Source: a virus (taxonomy: Duplodnaviria; Caudoviricetes). Taken from it: 64,000 bases of DNA. Position 1 is the stretch's first letter. Each line of letters begins with the position of its first letter. Location of the stretch: IMG/VR virus record IMGVR_UViG_3300023296_001079, positions 147 to 64,146 of that record; one strand, 5' to 3'. The notes under the pieces are model-generated. The model made no database searches, was not told the DNA's origin, and saw nothing but the letters and a program-made list of their open reading frames with translations. A program made the translations under genes and the position numbers. Positions 9,995 through 19,291 of the stretch are shown piece after piece.

Positions 9995-10232
9995 AGGACC
10001 AAAGGGAGAAAAGCGCCCCGCTGACGCAATTGGCCTTGCAGTGATGATTGGCAAGATCGCCACTGGCGAAGTTGACGACGAAACCCCTGATGATGGCAAA
10101 GACCCCGCCGCAAAAGCGATGGGTGCTAAGGGCGGCAAGGCGCGTGCGGCTAAGCTGACGCCAGAACAGCGGTCGGAGATTGCCAAGAATGCCGCGTCAA
10201 AGCGGTGGGATGCCAAAAAGAATAGAATTTGA
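9987..10232 (+). CDS. IS passenger: small basic protein of the type commonly next to IS1-family transposases
   Basis: MPKGPKGEKRPAD...GKDPAA.AMG.KGGKARAAKLTPEQRSEIAKNAASKRW. Confidence 0.8.
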   Translation: MPKGPKGEKRPADAIGLAVMIGKIATGEVDDETPDDGKDPAAKAMGAKGGKARAAKLTPEQRSEIAKNAASKRWDAKKNRI

Positions 10233-10303
10233 ATAAGAACTGTTGATTTTGCAAAAACAGTATGACAAAACTTGCCTGAAGATATCACAGCAGGCAGATA
10301 CCT

Positions 10304-10921
10304 ATGAACCAGTACAGCGAAGACGAAGTAAAGCAGCAACTCACGCCCTATCATGATCGCATCCGCGATGTGGTTGAGCGCGGATATGCTGACTGGGTTC
10401 AGATCAAAAAATTTATGGCGAAAAACAGCATTGGTCCGGTGTTATACCCGCGAACCGTGGCGAACTTTGTCTTTGATGCGGTTGTTCAGCACGCTCTGAT
10501 TGAGTTTGCTGAAGATGAAGGTGTCCGGGTCAAAAAAGAAGCTCAAACCGTGAAGTTTTGCTTTGATGATGTCGTCCTTGCGCGGTTCAAAAAGGGCGAT
10601 GAAGACAATCTCGGCCAAAACCAACCGACACAAGCAGTGATCAACTTTGTTGAAGCACAAAATATTTTTCCGGGACTCCCGCCATCAGCCGCAAAAGTAA
10701 AATTTCTTTTCTCCGCTGATGCTATTGAAGGCGGCATTGATCGTGTCGTTGTCGCGGCGCGTGACGGGGATACTCTACTTTGGCATTACGATTTGGACGA
10801 TATTGCCGAAAGCAACGGCACCGTGCCTTTCCCAACACCAATTGCCCCAATCGAAGACATCGAAAAAATTGTATCCCTGCGCAATCGCAAGGGCGATGCT
10901 GACGAAAACGAGAGCAGTTAA
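10304..10921 (+). CDS. IS passenger: hypothetical protein, putative toxin/effector partner of the Xre-ImmA gene
   Basis: 205-aa ORF with LARFKK motif, ending 2 nt before the Xre-ImmA gene; this pairing is typical of COG2856-associated two-gene modules. Confidence 0.6.
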   Translation: MNQYSEDEVKQQLTPYHDRIRDVVERGYADWVQIKKFMAKNSIGPVLYPRTVANFVFDAVVQHALIEFAEDEGVRVKKEAQTVKFCFDDVVLARFKKGDEDNLGQNQPTQAVINFVEAQNIFPGLPPSAAKVKFLFSADAIEGGIDRVVVAARDGDTLLWHYDLDDIAESNGTVPFPTPIAPIEDIEKIVSLRNRKGDADENESS

Positions 10922-10923
10922 TC

Positions 10924-12000
10924 ATGGCAACTCGTGGAAGCTTGCTGCGCTTGGCGCGGCACCTTAGGGGATTCAACCAGAAGAAGTCTGCGGAGCTATT
11001 GGGAGTGGCGCAGGCCGTTTATTCCCGAATGGAAAACGATCTCGTAGAGACGGACGACGTAATAATTTCGCTGGCTGCAAAATCATTCGACTTGCCACCA
11101 AACTTTTTTAATCTGGAAGACACGGTTTATGGCCCGCCTGTGAGTGTTCACACGATGCGTAGAGGGAACTCGCAAGTGACCGCTCGTGATGTTGATATGA
11201 TCACGGCAGAGTTGAACCTAAGACTGATACACCTTCGCCGCTTTCTGGATAACATCGACATTACCCCTTCCTTGAGTGTCCCCAGACTCGACGTCGAGCG
11301 CTATGAGTCACCCGCAGATATTGCCGATATGGTGCGACGCCACTGGCAAATGGATTCTGGGCCAGTTCACAATTTAACACGCTTACTTGAGCGCGCGGGT
11401 GTGGTTGTTGGGTATTCAAATTTTCATGGCGCGGGGGTGAGCGGCGTTACGTTTTCAGCGCCCGGACAGCACCCGCTCATTCTAATTAATCCAGATCACC
11501 CGGCAGATAGAGTTCGCTTCACATTGGCCCATGAATTAGGCCACTTGGTCATGCACCGCTTCCCAACCCCTGAAATGGAAGTTGAGGCCAACCATTTCGC
11601 GTCAGTATTTCTTTTCCCGCGTAGAGACTTGAAAACAGCGTTTAGAGGAAGAAAGGTAACTTTGTCTTTGCTGGCTGCGCTCAAGCCGGAATGGAAAGTG
11701 TCTATGCAGGGTATATTGTATGTGGCTCAGAGAGAAAATCTTATCACAAAAAACCAAGCTCGGTATCTGTGGGCACAAATCAGCTCTAATGGCTGGAAAA
11801 CTAGAGAGCCATCGAGCCTTGATTTTGAACATGATCGCCCTTCGGTTTTGCCAACGATCATAAAGTCTATGCTTGATGACCTTGGTTTTGAGAAAGATGA
11901 AGTATTGAGCATGTCGAGGGTTTATCAGAAAGACTTTGATCTGCTCTATCCAATGCCAAAAGAGACTGAACAGCGGCCACGATTGCGTATTATAAATTGA
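10924..12000 (+). CDS. Xre HTH fused to ImmA/IrrE (DUF955, COG2856) metallopeptidase
   Basis: N-terminal LRLARHLRGFNQKKSAELLGVAQAVYSRME HTH; RFTLAHELGH (HExxH) and E.EANHFAS..L.P. Confidence 0.92.
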   Translation: MATRGSLLRLARHLRGFNQKKSAELLGVAQAVYSRMENDLVETDDVIISLAAKSFDLPPNFFNLEDTVYGPPVSVHTMRRGNSQVTARDVDMITAELNLRLIHLRRFLDNIDITPSLSVPRLDVERYESPADIADMVRRHWQMDSGPVHNLTRLLERAGVVVGYSNFHGAGVSGVTFSAPGQHPLILINPDHPADRVRFTLAHELGHLVMHRFPTPEMEVEANHFASVFLFPRRDLKTAFRGRKVTLSLLAALKPEWKVSMQGILYVAQRENLITKNQARYLWAQISSNGWKTREPSSLDFEHDRPSVLPTIIKSMLDDLGFEKDEVLSMSRVYQKDFDLLYPMPKETEQRPRLRIIN

Positions 12001-12040
12001 CATTATATGCTTGACGCCAAGCAAGAAAGTTCATATTAAA

Positions 12041-12937
12041 ATGAGTATGAACAAGCTCGACATCAAAACCCGCACAATGATCCTGAACATGATGGTTGAG
12101 GGCAGCTCTATGCGCTCCATCAGCCGCGTTGTGGGTGTGTCGATCAACACAGTCACCAAGCTGTTGATTGAGGCGGGTGAGGCTTGTGCTGCCTACCATG
12201 ATGAGACGGTGCGCAACGTAGGATCGACCCGTGTTGCGTGTGATGAAATCTGGTCGTTCTGCTACGCCAAAAACAAGAACGTCCAGACAGCCAAGGCCGC
12301 ACCTGATGGCGCTGGCGATGTTTGGACATGGACTGCAATCGACGCAGATAGCAAAATGATCCTGTCCTATGAGGTTGGTGATCGTTCCGCAGATACCGCC
12401 CACGAATTTATGTTTGATCTGCGTGACCGTCTGAGCAACCGCGTTCAGCTTACCGCAGACGGCCACAAAGCGTATCTCAGCGCAGTAGAGGGCGCGTTTG
12501 GTACAGACGTTGACTATGCGATGCTGGTCAAGCTGTACGGCGACCAGGCAGGCTCAAAGGGCCACGAAAAGAAGTACAGCCCCGCAGAGTGCACAGGCAT
12601 CAAGAAAGAAGCCATCATGGGCCAGCCGATCAAGGAACTGGTCAGCACGTCCTATGTTGAACGCCAGAACCTCACGATGCGCATGGGTATGCGCCGCTTC
12701 ACCCGCCTGACAAACGGGTTCAGCAAGAAGTTGGAAAACCACCTGCACATGCTGTCACTGTATTTTGTGCATTACAACTTTGTACGTATCCACAAGACGC
12801 TGAAAATGACACCTGCGATGGCTGCTGGTGTATCCGACACGTTGCGTGACACGGCTTGGATTGTTAGCTTGATTGATGCCCGTGCGCCTGCTCCGAAAAA
12901 GCGTGGACCTTACAAAAAGAAAGAGATTTCAAACTGA
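12041..12937 (+). CDS. IS1-family DDE transposase
   Basis: N-terminal HTH (GSSMRSISRVVGVSINTV); CDEIWSF, LTADG..AY, TSYVERQNLTMR..RRFTRLTNGFSKK; stop codon lies within the right inverted repeat. Confidence 0.93.
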   Translation: MSMNKLDIKTRTMILNMMVEGSSMRSISRVVGVSINTVTKLLIEAGEACAAYHDETVRNVGSTRVACDEIWSFCYAKNKNVQTAKAAPDGAGDVWTWTAIDADSKMILSYEVGDRSADTAHEFMFDLRDRLSNRVQLTADGHKAYLSAVEGAFGTDVDYAMLVKLYGDQAGSKGHEKKYSPAECTGIKKEAIMGQPIKELVSTSYVERQNLTMRMGMRRFTRLTNGFSKKLENHLHMLSLYFVHYNFVRIHKTLKMTPAMAAGVSDTLRDTAWIVSLIDARAPAPKKRGPYKKKEISN

Positions 12938-12951
12938 GACACTACCTTTGT

Positions 12952-12980
12952 TTGACATAGGTAAACCCATCCTTTAAAGT
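12952..12980 (+). promoter_or_regulatory. Sigma70-type promoter (conserved phage early-type)
   Basis: TTGACA-17-TAAAGT; near-identical to 53951-53979 and 49436-49464. Confidence 0.8.
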
Positions 12981-13014
12981 GATTCTTGAGACAGATAAAC
13001 AGGAGAACAGACCG

Positions 13015-13122
13015 ATGGCCCGCCAGAAGTTCGTTAATGTAGGAGCCCGCGACATTCTCATAAATCATGAGGGGGACGTGGCTTGGCAGGTTGTCATTGA
13101 ACAGACGAGAAGGCCCCTTTAA
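13015..13122 (+). CDS. 35-aa moron ORF (MARQKFVNVGARDILINHEGDVAWQVVIEQTRRPL)
   Basis: Own promoter, leader AAACAGGAGAACAGA and a terminator-like hairpin at 13108-13138; too short for the ORF track. Confidence 0.55.
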   Translation: MARQKFVNVGARDILINHEGDVAWQVVIEQTRRPL

Positions 13123-13266
13123 ACGGGGGTTTCTTTTTGTTTAAAGGTCCTATATGGTCCTCGACCAGTGGCGGTCTGTGGCCGTCCCTACGCAAGAGCC
13201 GGGTCTGTGGCCCCCTAGCGTTAAGCGCCCCGCCCCAGTCTCAACTTTTGCATAGGGTCCATTTTC

Positions 13267-14409
13267 ATGGCCAATACACTCACCAACATTCTGGACAAGA
13301 TTCTTGCCCAGGGCCTGTCCACCCTGCGAGAGGCCGCTGTCATGCCGCGCCTCACAAACACCGATTATCAGGGTGACGCTGCCCGCCAGGGCAACACCAT
13401 CGACGTCCCCATCCCCGTTGCCCAGGTTGTCTCCACGGTCGCAGCTTCCAGCACGCCCAAACAGGCAATCAGCAAGCAACCCAAGCTGGTCCAGGTTCCC
13501 CTCGACCAGTGGAAAATGACGGACTTCTTCCTGACCGACAAGGAGATGGCCGAGATTGAACGCAACCGCCACTTTGTGCCGATGCAGACCGCAGAGGCCG
13601 CCCGGGCGATTGCCAACTCAATCGACACGTTCATCCATGGCAAGTACACCGGAGTCTATGGCTACACCGGGGTTGCTGGCGTTATTCCGTTCTCCACCGT
13701 CGCCACGGCGACCGGAGCCCGGCGCGTCTTGAACACCCAGCTTGCGCCGATGAATGATCGCCGGATCGTCATGGACCCCATTGCTGAAGATCAGGCCCTA
13801 CAGCTTTCCGCCTATTCCGACATGGAGAAGACCGGAGAGCAGTCGGTGAAGATCGAAGGCGTGGTTGGACGGAAGTTCGGCCTAGATCACTATATGTCGC
13901 AAAACGTGCAAACCCATACAGCAGGTACAATCGCAGGTACTGCCTCGGCAGACGTTGCCTCGACCACGGCGGCGGGCGTTTCGACCATTGGAATGATCGC
14001 GGACACCCCGGCCACTGTTGTGGTTGGTGACGTGTTCACCATCGCTGGTGACACCCAGACCTATGTGGTTAAGACGGCTGCCACCATCGGCTCCTCGAAT
14101 ACGGCGATTGCGTTCCAGCCGGAACTGGCGACAGGGGCAACTTCGGGCGACCTTGTCACCTTCAAGGCAAGCCACACGGTCAACCTGTGCTTCCAGCGCG
14201 GGGCCTTCGTCTACGTCACCCGTCCCATCGCAGATGCGGTTGGCGGAATGGCAGGCGGCAACCCCATGACGGAACTCACCGACAGCATGACCGGATTGAC
14301 CATGCGGTTGGAAGTGGTCCGCCAGCACAAGCAGAACGCATTCCAGTTTGACGTTCTCTGGGGCGCGGCTCTGGTCCGCCCCGAATTTGCGGGCCGTATC
14401 GCAGGCTAA
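13267..14409 (+). CDS. Major capsid protein (P22 coat-like, HK97 fold)
   Basis: MANTL...L..LRE..VMPRL.NTDY......GNTIDVP.P; C-terminal FDVLWGAALVRPEFA; Ala/Thr-rich insertion domain. Confidence 0.9.
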   Translation: MANTLTNILDKILAQGLSTLREAAVMPRLTNTDYQGDAARQGNTIDVPIPVAQVVSTVAASSTPKQAISKQPKLVQVPLDQWKMTDFFLTDKEMAEIERNRHFVPMQTAEAARAIANSIDTFIHGKYTGVYGYTGVAGVIPFSTVATATGARRVLNTQLAPMNDRRIVMDPIAEDQALQLSAYSDMEKTGEQSVKIEGVVGRKFGLDHYMSQNVQTHTAGTIAGTASADVASTTAAGVSTIGMIADTPATVVVGDVFTIAGDTQTYVVKTAATIGSSNTAIAFQPELATGATSGDLVTFKASHTVNLCFQRGAFVYVTRPIADAVGGMAGGNPMTELTDSMTGLTMRLEVVRQHKQNAFQFDVLWGAALVRPEFAGRIAG

Positions 14410-14482
14410 CCGGGAAAGGAAGACCCCCCGAGAGGTGCGGGGAGTCCTTGCCCTTCTTCCTGCTACCAATTAGGTGGTCGAG

Positions 14483-14510
14483 AGGCCCCCGAGGGAAACC
14501 CCGGGGGCCT
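14483..14510 (+). terminator. GC hairpin after the capsid gene (terminator or stabiliser)
   Basis: AGGCCCCCG...CGGGGGCCT stem with a GAAA loop; weak U-tract. Confidence 0.45.
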
Positions 14511-14590
14511 TGCTCGTTTGGGGTTTACTTAGGCCCTGGGCAGGCCTAGAACGCTATACCAGTATATCTCAACATATAGAGGGCTATGTC

Positions 14591-15043
14591 ATGCCGAGAC
14601 TTCCCACAGTCACCATGAAGCACCGGAAGACGGGACGAATTAAGACCGTCAACGTGACCGACTACGCCAGAGACATTGCAGGCTGGAAAGATTACGAGCG
14701 GATATCCGAGACACGCGGCAACGCCACCGACAAGGAAGTCAAGCTGGCGGCCCTGGAATCGGATGACGTGAAGAAGAGGCTGGCAGACCCGAAACGGGAA
14801 AAGAAGTTTGGCGACCATCGCAGAGCCCAGGAGCACAACGCCTCCAAGACCAACGTGGTGACGGAAGCCCCGGAGCACGGCACAATGGAAGACCCTGCCC
14901 CAGCATGGCGGAATATGCCCTGGATGGAGCAGGCCAAGTTTGTGCGCGAGGTCACGGGCACCTATCCCCGGAGCAAGAAGCAGGCCGAGGCTCTCATGAC
15001 CGCCTCCAGCGGAGCCGCTGACAAGGAACCACACACCGTTTAA
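14591..15043 (+). CDS. Hypothetical protein following the capsid gene
   Basis: ATG 14591 after GAGGG; 150 aa. Confidence 0.65.
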   Translation: MPRLPTVTMKHRKTGRIKTVNVTDYARDIAGWKDYERISETRGNATDKEVKLAALESDDVKKRLADPKREKKFGDHRRAQEHNASKTNVVTEAPEHGTMEDPAPAWRNMPWMEQAKFVREVTGTYPRSKKQAEALMTASSGAADKEPHTV

Positions 15044-15056
15044 AGGGCACACTCAC

Positions 15057-16004
15057 ATGGGATTCGGTGACGAGATTATGGCCACGGCCTATGCCAAGGC
15101 CGTGGTGAAGAAATACCCCGAGGCCAAGGCCATCTTCGGGGACCCCAAGAACCACCTGGATGCAGGGACTAACACTTTAAAGGTTAGCTTCTCGGAGGTG
15201 TTCCTGAACAACCCCCACATTCTGCAAGAGGGCGAGGCCATCAAGGACTTCGTTTGCATTCCGGATTATCCGGGCTGCCGGATGTATGTGGACTACGAGA
15301 AGTCCCAGACGGAGGGCAACAAGATAATGGCCTTCTCCTGGAACCCTGAATTTAGGGCCGCCCGGGGCCAGCTATTCTTCACAGACCAGGAGAAGTCCGT
15401 GGCGGCGGCCATCGTCGCCCGCCTGCCTTTCCCGTTCTATGCCATAGAGCCGAATGTGGCAGGCAAGGACTGGATCAACAAGAAGGCCTGGGCCTGGGAC
15501 CGGTGGCAGGCCGTGGTGGACCAGACCGTGGCTCACTCTGTTGGGGGTGACGAGGCCTTTCCCTGGGTCCAATTAAGCGGACCTCACCTTGCCGGGGTTG
15601 TCGGACTGGAGAACCTGCCCTTCAGGGTGGCCTGTGCGGTCCTGTCATGCGCGAACGGCCTCCTGACTACTGATGGGGCCCTTCACCATGCGGCAGCGGC
15701 CCTGGGCGTCCCCGCTGTGGTCCTGTGGGGCCATTACTCGTCCCCCACTACTTTCGGGTACGAGGATCAGGTCAACCTGCGGGAATCAGACAGAATGAGT
15801 CTGGGCTGTGGGACGACATACGGGGAATGCCCCGAGTGCCCCAAGTCGATGGCGGCCATCACGGTCCCCCAGGTCCTGAAGGCCCTGGTGGCCATAACGA
15901 ACCCGGACAGCCCCAAGGCCTACAAGTTCCAGGAGGACCCGGGAGGACCGCCCCCTATCTTTAAACCGGTGTCCGGATACGGTAAGGAAAAGCCCTATGT
16001 ATGA
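15057..16004 (+). CDS. Glycosyltransferase family 9 (heptosyltransferase-like)
   Basis: GFGDEIMAT and TTDGALHHAAAALGVPAVVLWG; C-terminal CxxC..C cluster. Confidence 0.85.
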   Translation: MGFGDEIMATAYAKAVVKKYPEAKAIFGDPKNHLDAGTNTLKVSFSEVFLNNPHILQEGEAIKDFVCIPDYPGCRMYVDYEKSQTEGNKIMAFSWNPEFRAARGQLFFTDQEKSVAAAIVARLPFPFYAIEPNVAGKDWINKKAWAWDRWQAVVDQTVAHSVGGDEAFPWVQLSGPHLAGVVGLENLPFRVACAVLSCANGLLTTDGALHHAAAALGVPAVVLWGHYSSPTTFGYEDQVNLRESDRMSLGCGTTYGECPECPKSMAAITVPQVLKALVAITNPDSPKAYKFQEDPGGPPPIFKPVSGYGKEKPYV

Positions 16005-16851
16005 AGTTGGAATCTTCAGGCCTCTGGACGGCCCCTGGGATCACTCGTCCTTCCTGACTTCCTTTGCCCGAGGGGTGAAGGAGAAGGGGGACAACGCCAG
16101 GGTCCATAACCTGGAGGAAGGATACCAGGACTGTGACGTGGCTGTGGTCTTCGGCCTCCCCAAGTTTTCCGTCCCTGCCTCCTGGGCCCGGGGCTCCATA
16201 ATCTATGAGCACCGATACCGCCGGAAGAAAAACGTCTTGATAATGGAGCGGGGATTCATCAAGCGGGATACCCATTACGGGGTGGCCCTGAACGGCCTGA
16301 ACGGCCTGGGGGACTTCGGGTCCAAGGACAGCCCTGCCGACCGGTGGAACAGGCTGGGGGCGGAGATTAAGCCCTGGCGGCCCCCGAACGAGGACGGTTA
16401 CTTCCTCCTCTGTGGTCAGGTCCCCTGGGACGCCACCGTCCAGCATACGAAGCATGCCCAATGGTGTCAGGCAGCCTTTAAAGCCATACAGGGGGAAGGT
16501 CACAAGGTCAGGTTCCGACCACACCCGGACGTCAAAGAGTATGACTACGGCCTGGAGGCCTCCAAGGCTTCCTGGGAGGAGGACCTTGACGGGGCCAATG
16601 CTGTGGTGACCTTCTCGTCCACCTCCTCTGCCCTGGCCGTCCTGGAGGGGATTCCTATATTCGCCCTGGACCGTGGCTCCATAGCGTACCAGATCGCCAA
16701 CCAGGAACTGTCCCCTGAGACCCTGGCCGTCCCTGGCCTTGCGTTCAGGGACCAGTGGGCCTGGGACCTAGCCTATTCACAGTGGACCGAGGAGGAGATG
16801 GCCGGGGGACAGCCCTGGGAGCAACTCCGTTCGGCCATGTCCGCCAGCTAA
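15997..16851 (+). CDS. KpsS/KpsC-like (Capsule_synth) beta-Kdo-transferase-like glycosyltransferase
   Basis: IMERGF, GQVPWD (QxxxD), RPHP (HP motif), VTFSSTSSALAVLEGIP. Confidence 0.8.
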   Translation: MYEVGIFRPLDGPWDHSSFLTSFARGVKEKGDNARVHNLEEGYQDCDVAVVFGLPKFSVPASWARGSIIYEHRYRRKKNVLIMERGFIKRDTHYGVALNGLNGLGDFGSKDSPADRWNRLGAEIKPWRPPNEDGYFLLCGQVPWDATVQHTKHAQWCQAAFKAIQGEGHKVRFRPHPDVKEYDYGLEASKASWEEDLDGANAVVTFSSTSSALAVLEGIPIFALDRGSIAYQIANQELSPETLAVPGLAFRDQWAWDLAYSQWTEEEMAGGQPWEQLRSAMSAS

Positions 16852-16870
16852 TGGAAGGTGGGGGTCAATA

Positions 16871-17668
16871 ATGAATCCGGACAGGGTAGCGGACGCCATC
16901 GTCTTCGTAGGCTGGGACCCTCTGGACGCCCAGGCCTTCCGGGTGGCTCTCCAGTCCATGTGGGAGACTTCCCCCGAGGTTCGGGAGGGGTCAATAATTG
17001 TGGAGCCTTTGGTCCAAGCTGACCTTCGGAGGCGGGGCCTATACTCCAGGTGCTTTCAGACTTTAGCTAACGGGCAGAAGATGGACCTGGGGGATAATTG
17101 CCCCCACTCCACGGAGTTCTCCTACACTCGATTCTTGACCCCACACCTTGCGATGGCCCGGGGAATCACCAAGGCGCTGTTCGTGGACGCGGATGTCATG
17201 TTCCTGGGTAATGTGGCGGACCTGTTCGCCCTGGCGGACGCGAAGAAAATGGTCCAGGTGGTGAAGCACGATATGGTATTGGACCCCGACCGGGGACCTA
17301 AGATGGGGGTCTTTTTCCAGTCGGAATATGAGAAGAAGAATTGGTCCTCTGTTATGCTGTTTCCGGACGCCAGGAAACTGTCCGACTGTTTGAATCCCTT
17401 GACGGTATCGTCCACCCACCGGAACTACCTCCACCAGTTTGGCTGGGTAGAGGACAAGGCCATAGGGGCCCTTCCGGAGCACTGGAACTGGCTGGAGGGG
17501 TACAGTAAATCCGCAGCGGCCCCTTGCCATTCCCTGGTCCACTTCACCCGGGGCACCCCGGACATGATTAAGGACGTGGACCCCGTCCTTGGGTCTAGGT
17601 GGGACGAGTTCTCCGACCGGGCGGGCTCTGCTATGTACCCCTTTGGATGGGGAGCCTTAATGGCATGA
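16871..17668 (+). CDS. GT-A glycosyltransferase (GT8/CDI-like)
   Basis: FVGWDP, STEFSYTRF..P, FVDADVMF (DxD), KNWSSVMLF, LP..WNWL, HFTRGTP. Confidence 0.85.
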   Translation: MNPDRVADAIVFVGWDPLDAQAFRVALQSMWETSPEVREGSIIVEPLVQADLRRRGLYSRCFQTLANGQKMDLGDNCPHSTEFSYTRFLTPHLAMARGITKALFVDADVMFLGNVADLFALADAKKMVQVVKHDMVLDPDRGPKMGVFFQSEYEKKNWSSVMLFPDARKLSDCLNPLTVSSTHRNYLHQFGWVEDKAIGALPEHWNWLEGYSKSAAAPCHSLVHFTRGTPDMIKDVDPVLGSRWDEFSDRAGSAMYPFGWGALMA

Positions 17669-18318
17669 GTTACTTCTCCAGGGACCTGAACATGGTCTTC
17701 ATTCATATCCCCAAGAACGCGGGGACGTCGATTCACCGGACCCTGACCGATTTGGTCCCGGACCTGGAAGCCTTCGACGCCACGGACGCCCTCCACCGGG
17801 AACAGCGTCACCCAGCCTTCGCCAACCATTTCCCCATGCCCATGGCCAATGCTCTCTGCCGGTATTTCATCCCGGACTTTGACCCTTTAAAGGCCACCTC
17901 CTTCATGGTGGTCCGGAATCCCTGGGAGCGTATGGTTTCCCTGTTCGAGCACAGGAAGCGAAAGAAGGATTTATTCTACGAGGGGAACCCCAGGAACTCT
18001 GGGCCGGACAAGGTGGCCCTGGCCAAAGGATTCAAATACTGGCTGATGGAGTCCCCCTCGCCGGGGGACTCCATCCTGACACGGACCCCCCAAATGGACT
18101 GGGGACCGGTGACCCATACCCTAAACTTCAATGACGATTTACTTGGTCAGTGGGTGGACTTGATTCACGGCCTGGGCCTGCCTACGGTCAACCTTGTCCA
18201 GGCCAACACAGGCAAGGGCGAATCCTCCAAGTATCGCTCCTACTACGACATTGAATCTTTTGGGTTCGTCCGGGACAGGTTCAAGAAAGACATTGAGGAA
18301 TTCAATTATGCCTTTTGA
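17665..18318 (+). CDS. Carbohydrate sulfotransferase (Sulfotransfer_2)
   Basis: FIHIPKNAGTSI (5'-PSB motif) and VVRNPWERMVS (3'-PB motif). Confidence 0.88.
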   Translation: MSYFSRDLNMVFIHIPKNAGTSIHRTLTDLVPDLEAFDATDALHREQRHPAFANHFPMPMANALCRYFIPDFDPLKATSFMVVRNPWERMVSLFEHRKRKKDLFYEGNPRNSGPDKVALAKGFKYWLMESPSPGDSILTRTPQMDWGPVTHTLNFNDDLLGQWVDLIHGLGLPTVNLVQANTGKGESSKYRSYYDIESFGFVRDRFKKDIEEFNYAF

Positions 18319-19291
18319 TTTTAGCTTCCCGGACAGTGCCTCCCACCCTGAGTGGGACGTTCCGAGGTCTCCGGACAATTGGCACCTCCCCGTTTCGGCA
18401 GAGGTTGGAGTTTATATGGTTGAAGCCCAAGGGGCCTTCGGACGGGCCCATGAATTTTTGGGCCGGCAGATCGAGGCACAGGCCCTTTTACAGGACCAAT
18501 ACCACAGCGTCCTGGGGGCCTTCCGCCGGTATGCGGCCTTTCAGAATCCCCCCAAGGATAACTTCCTGTGGCATTCCGGATATTTAGCCTATCGGGACGA
18601 GAATCCGCTGGCGGGTCTGTTCCTGTCGGAACTCCAGCACCTTTCCCAGATGGAGGTCACCTACCCCCTGCCCATAAAGAAGATCGACAGGACCATGGCT
18701 TGCTCCAAGACCAAGACCCAGGCGGTCCAGGACTACCTCCAGAGCCTCCCCCTATGGCACCATGTAGCGGACTACTTTGGGCACCACCCCAACGTCAAGA
18801 CGGTCCAGGCCCACCTGTCCCGTCCAGGCGACCGGCACCACCGGCAGACCTTCCGGGACCTCCCCCATGAAGGCAAGCTTCTGAACCTGCACGTTGACCC
18901 CAAGCCGGGCGTCATTAAGGCCATCATCTACCTGGGAGAGGTTGGGACCTGTCACGGGCCCTTCCAGATTCTTCCCGCCTCCAAGGACATGGGGGAATCC
19001 ATGTTCCAGAGAATTGTGGCCTGGGGAAACTCCACTGGGAACTACTGCCACACGCCCGAGCACAGGCGGGCCATGGGGGCCCTGCCTGCACCCTGGCGCG
19101 TCAACGCTATTGTGGGAAAGCTAATCCCGGACGATTCCGAGGACTTCAAGAACTTCACCGGGCCGAAAGGCCTCCGGACCATCACCAGCGATATCGCCAA
19201 CGTCATCGTGTTTGACCCCGCCTGGAACTTCCACAGGGGTGGACTGGTGGAGGAGGGCGAACGCTTCAATCTTCAGGTGACAATCCAATGA
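18308..19291 (+). CDS. 2OG-Fe(II) dioxygenase-like protein (PhyH-like)
   Basis: LHVD (HxD), KAIIYL...GPF..LP.S, VFD...FHRGG....ER. Confidence 0.7.
   Translation: MPFDFSFPDSASHPEWDVPRSPDNWHLPVSAEVGVYMVEAQGAFGRAHEFLGRQIEAQALLQDQYHSVLGAFRRYAAFQNPPKDNFLWHSGYLAYRDENPLAGLFLSELQHLSQMEVTYPLPIKKIDRTMACSKTKTQAVQDYLQSLPLWHHVADYFGHHPNVKTVQAHLSRPGDRHHRQTFRDLPHEGKLLNLHVDPKPGVIKAIIYLGEVGTCHGPFQILPASKDMGESMFQRIVAWGNSTGNYCHTPEHRRAMGALPAPWRVNAIVGKLIPDDSEDFKNFTGPKGLRTITSDIANVIVFDPAWNFHRGGLVEEGERFNLQVTIQ

Larger units (their letters stand above)
9737..12946 (+). mobile_element. IS1-family insertion sequence with passenger genes (3210 bp)
   Basis: Perfect 21-bp terminal inverted repeats GGTAGTGTCTCAGTTTGAAAT (9737-9757 and 12926-12946); 8-bp target duplication TTTGTTTG (9729-9736 and 12947-12954); IS1-type transposase; lower GC than the flanks. 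Confidence 0.95.

Noticed and set aside
10924-12000. Xre-ImmA gene as the phage immunity repressor
   Set aside because: It lies inside the IS inverted repeats and has IS-like composition, so it is cargo.
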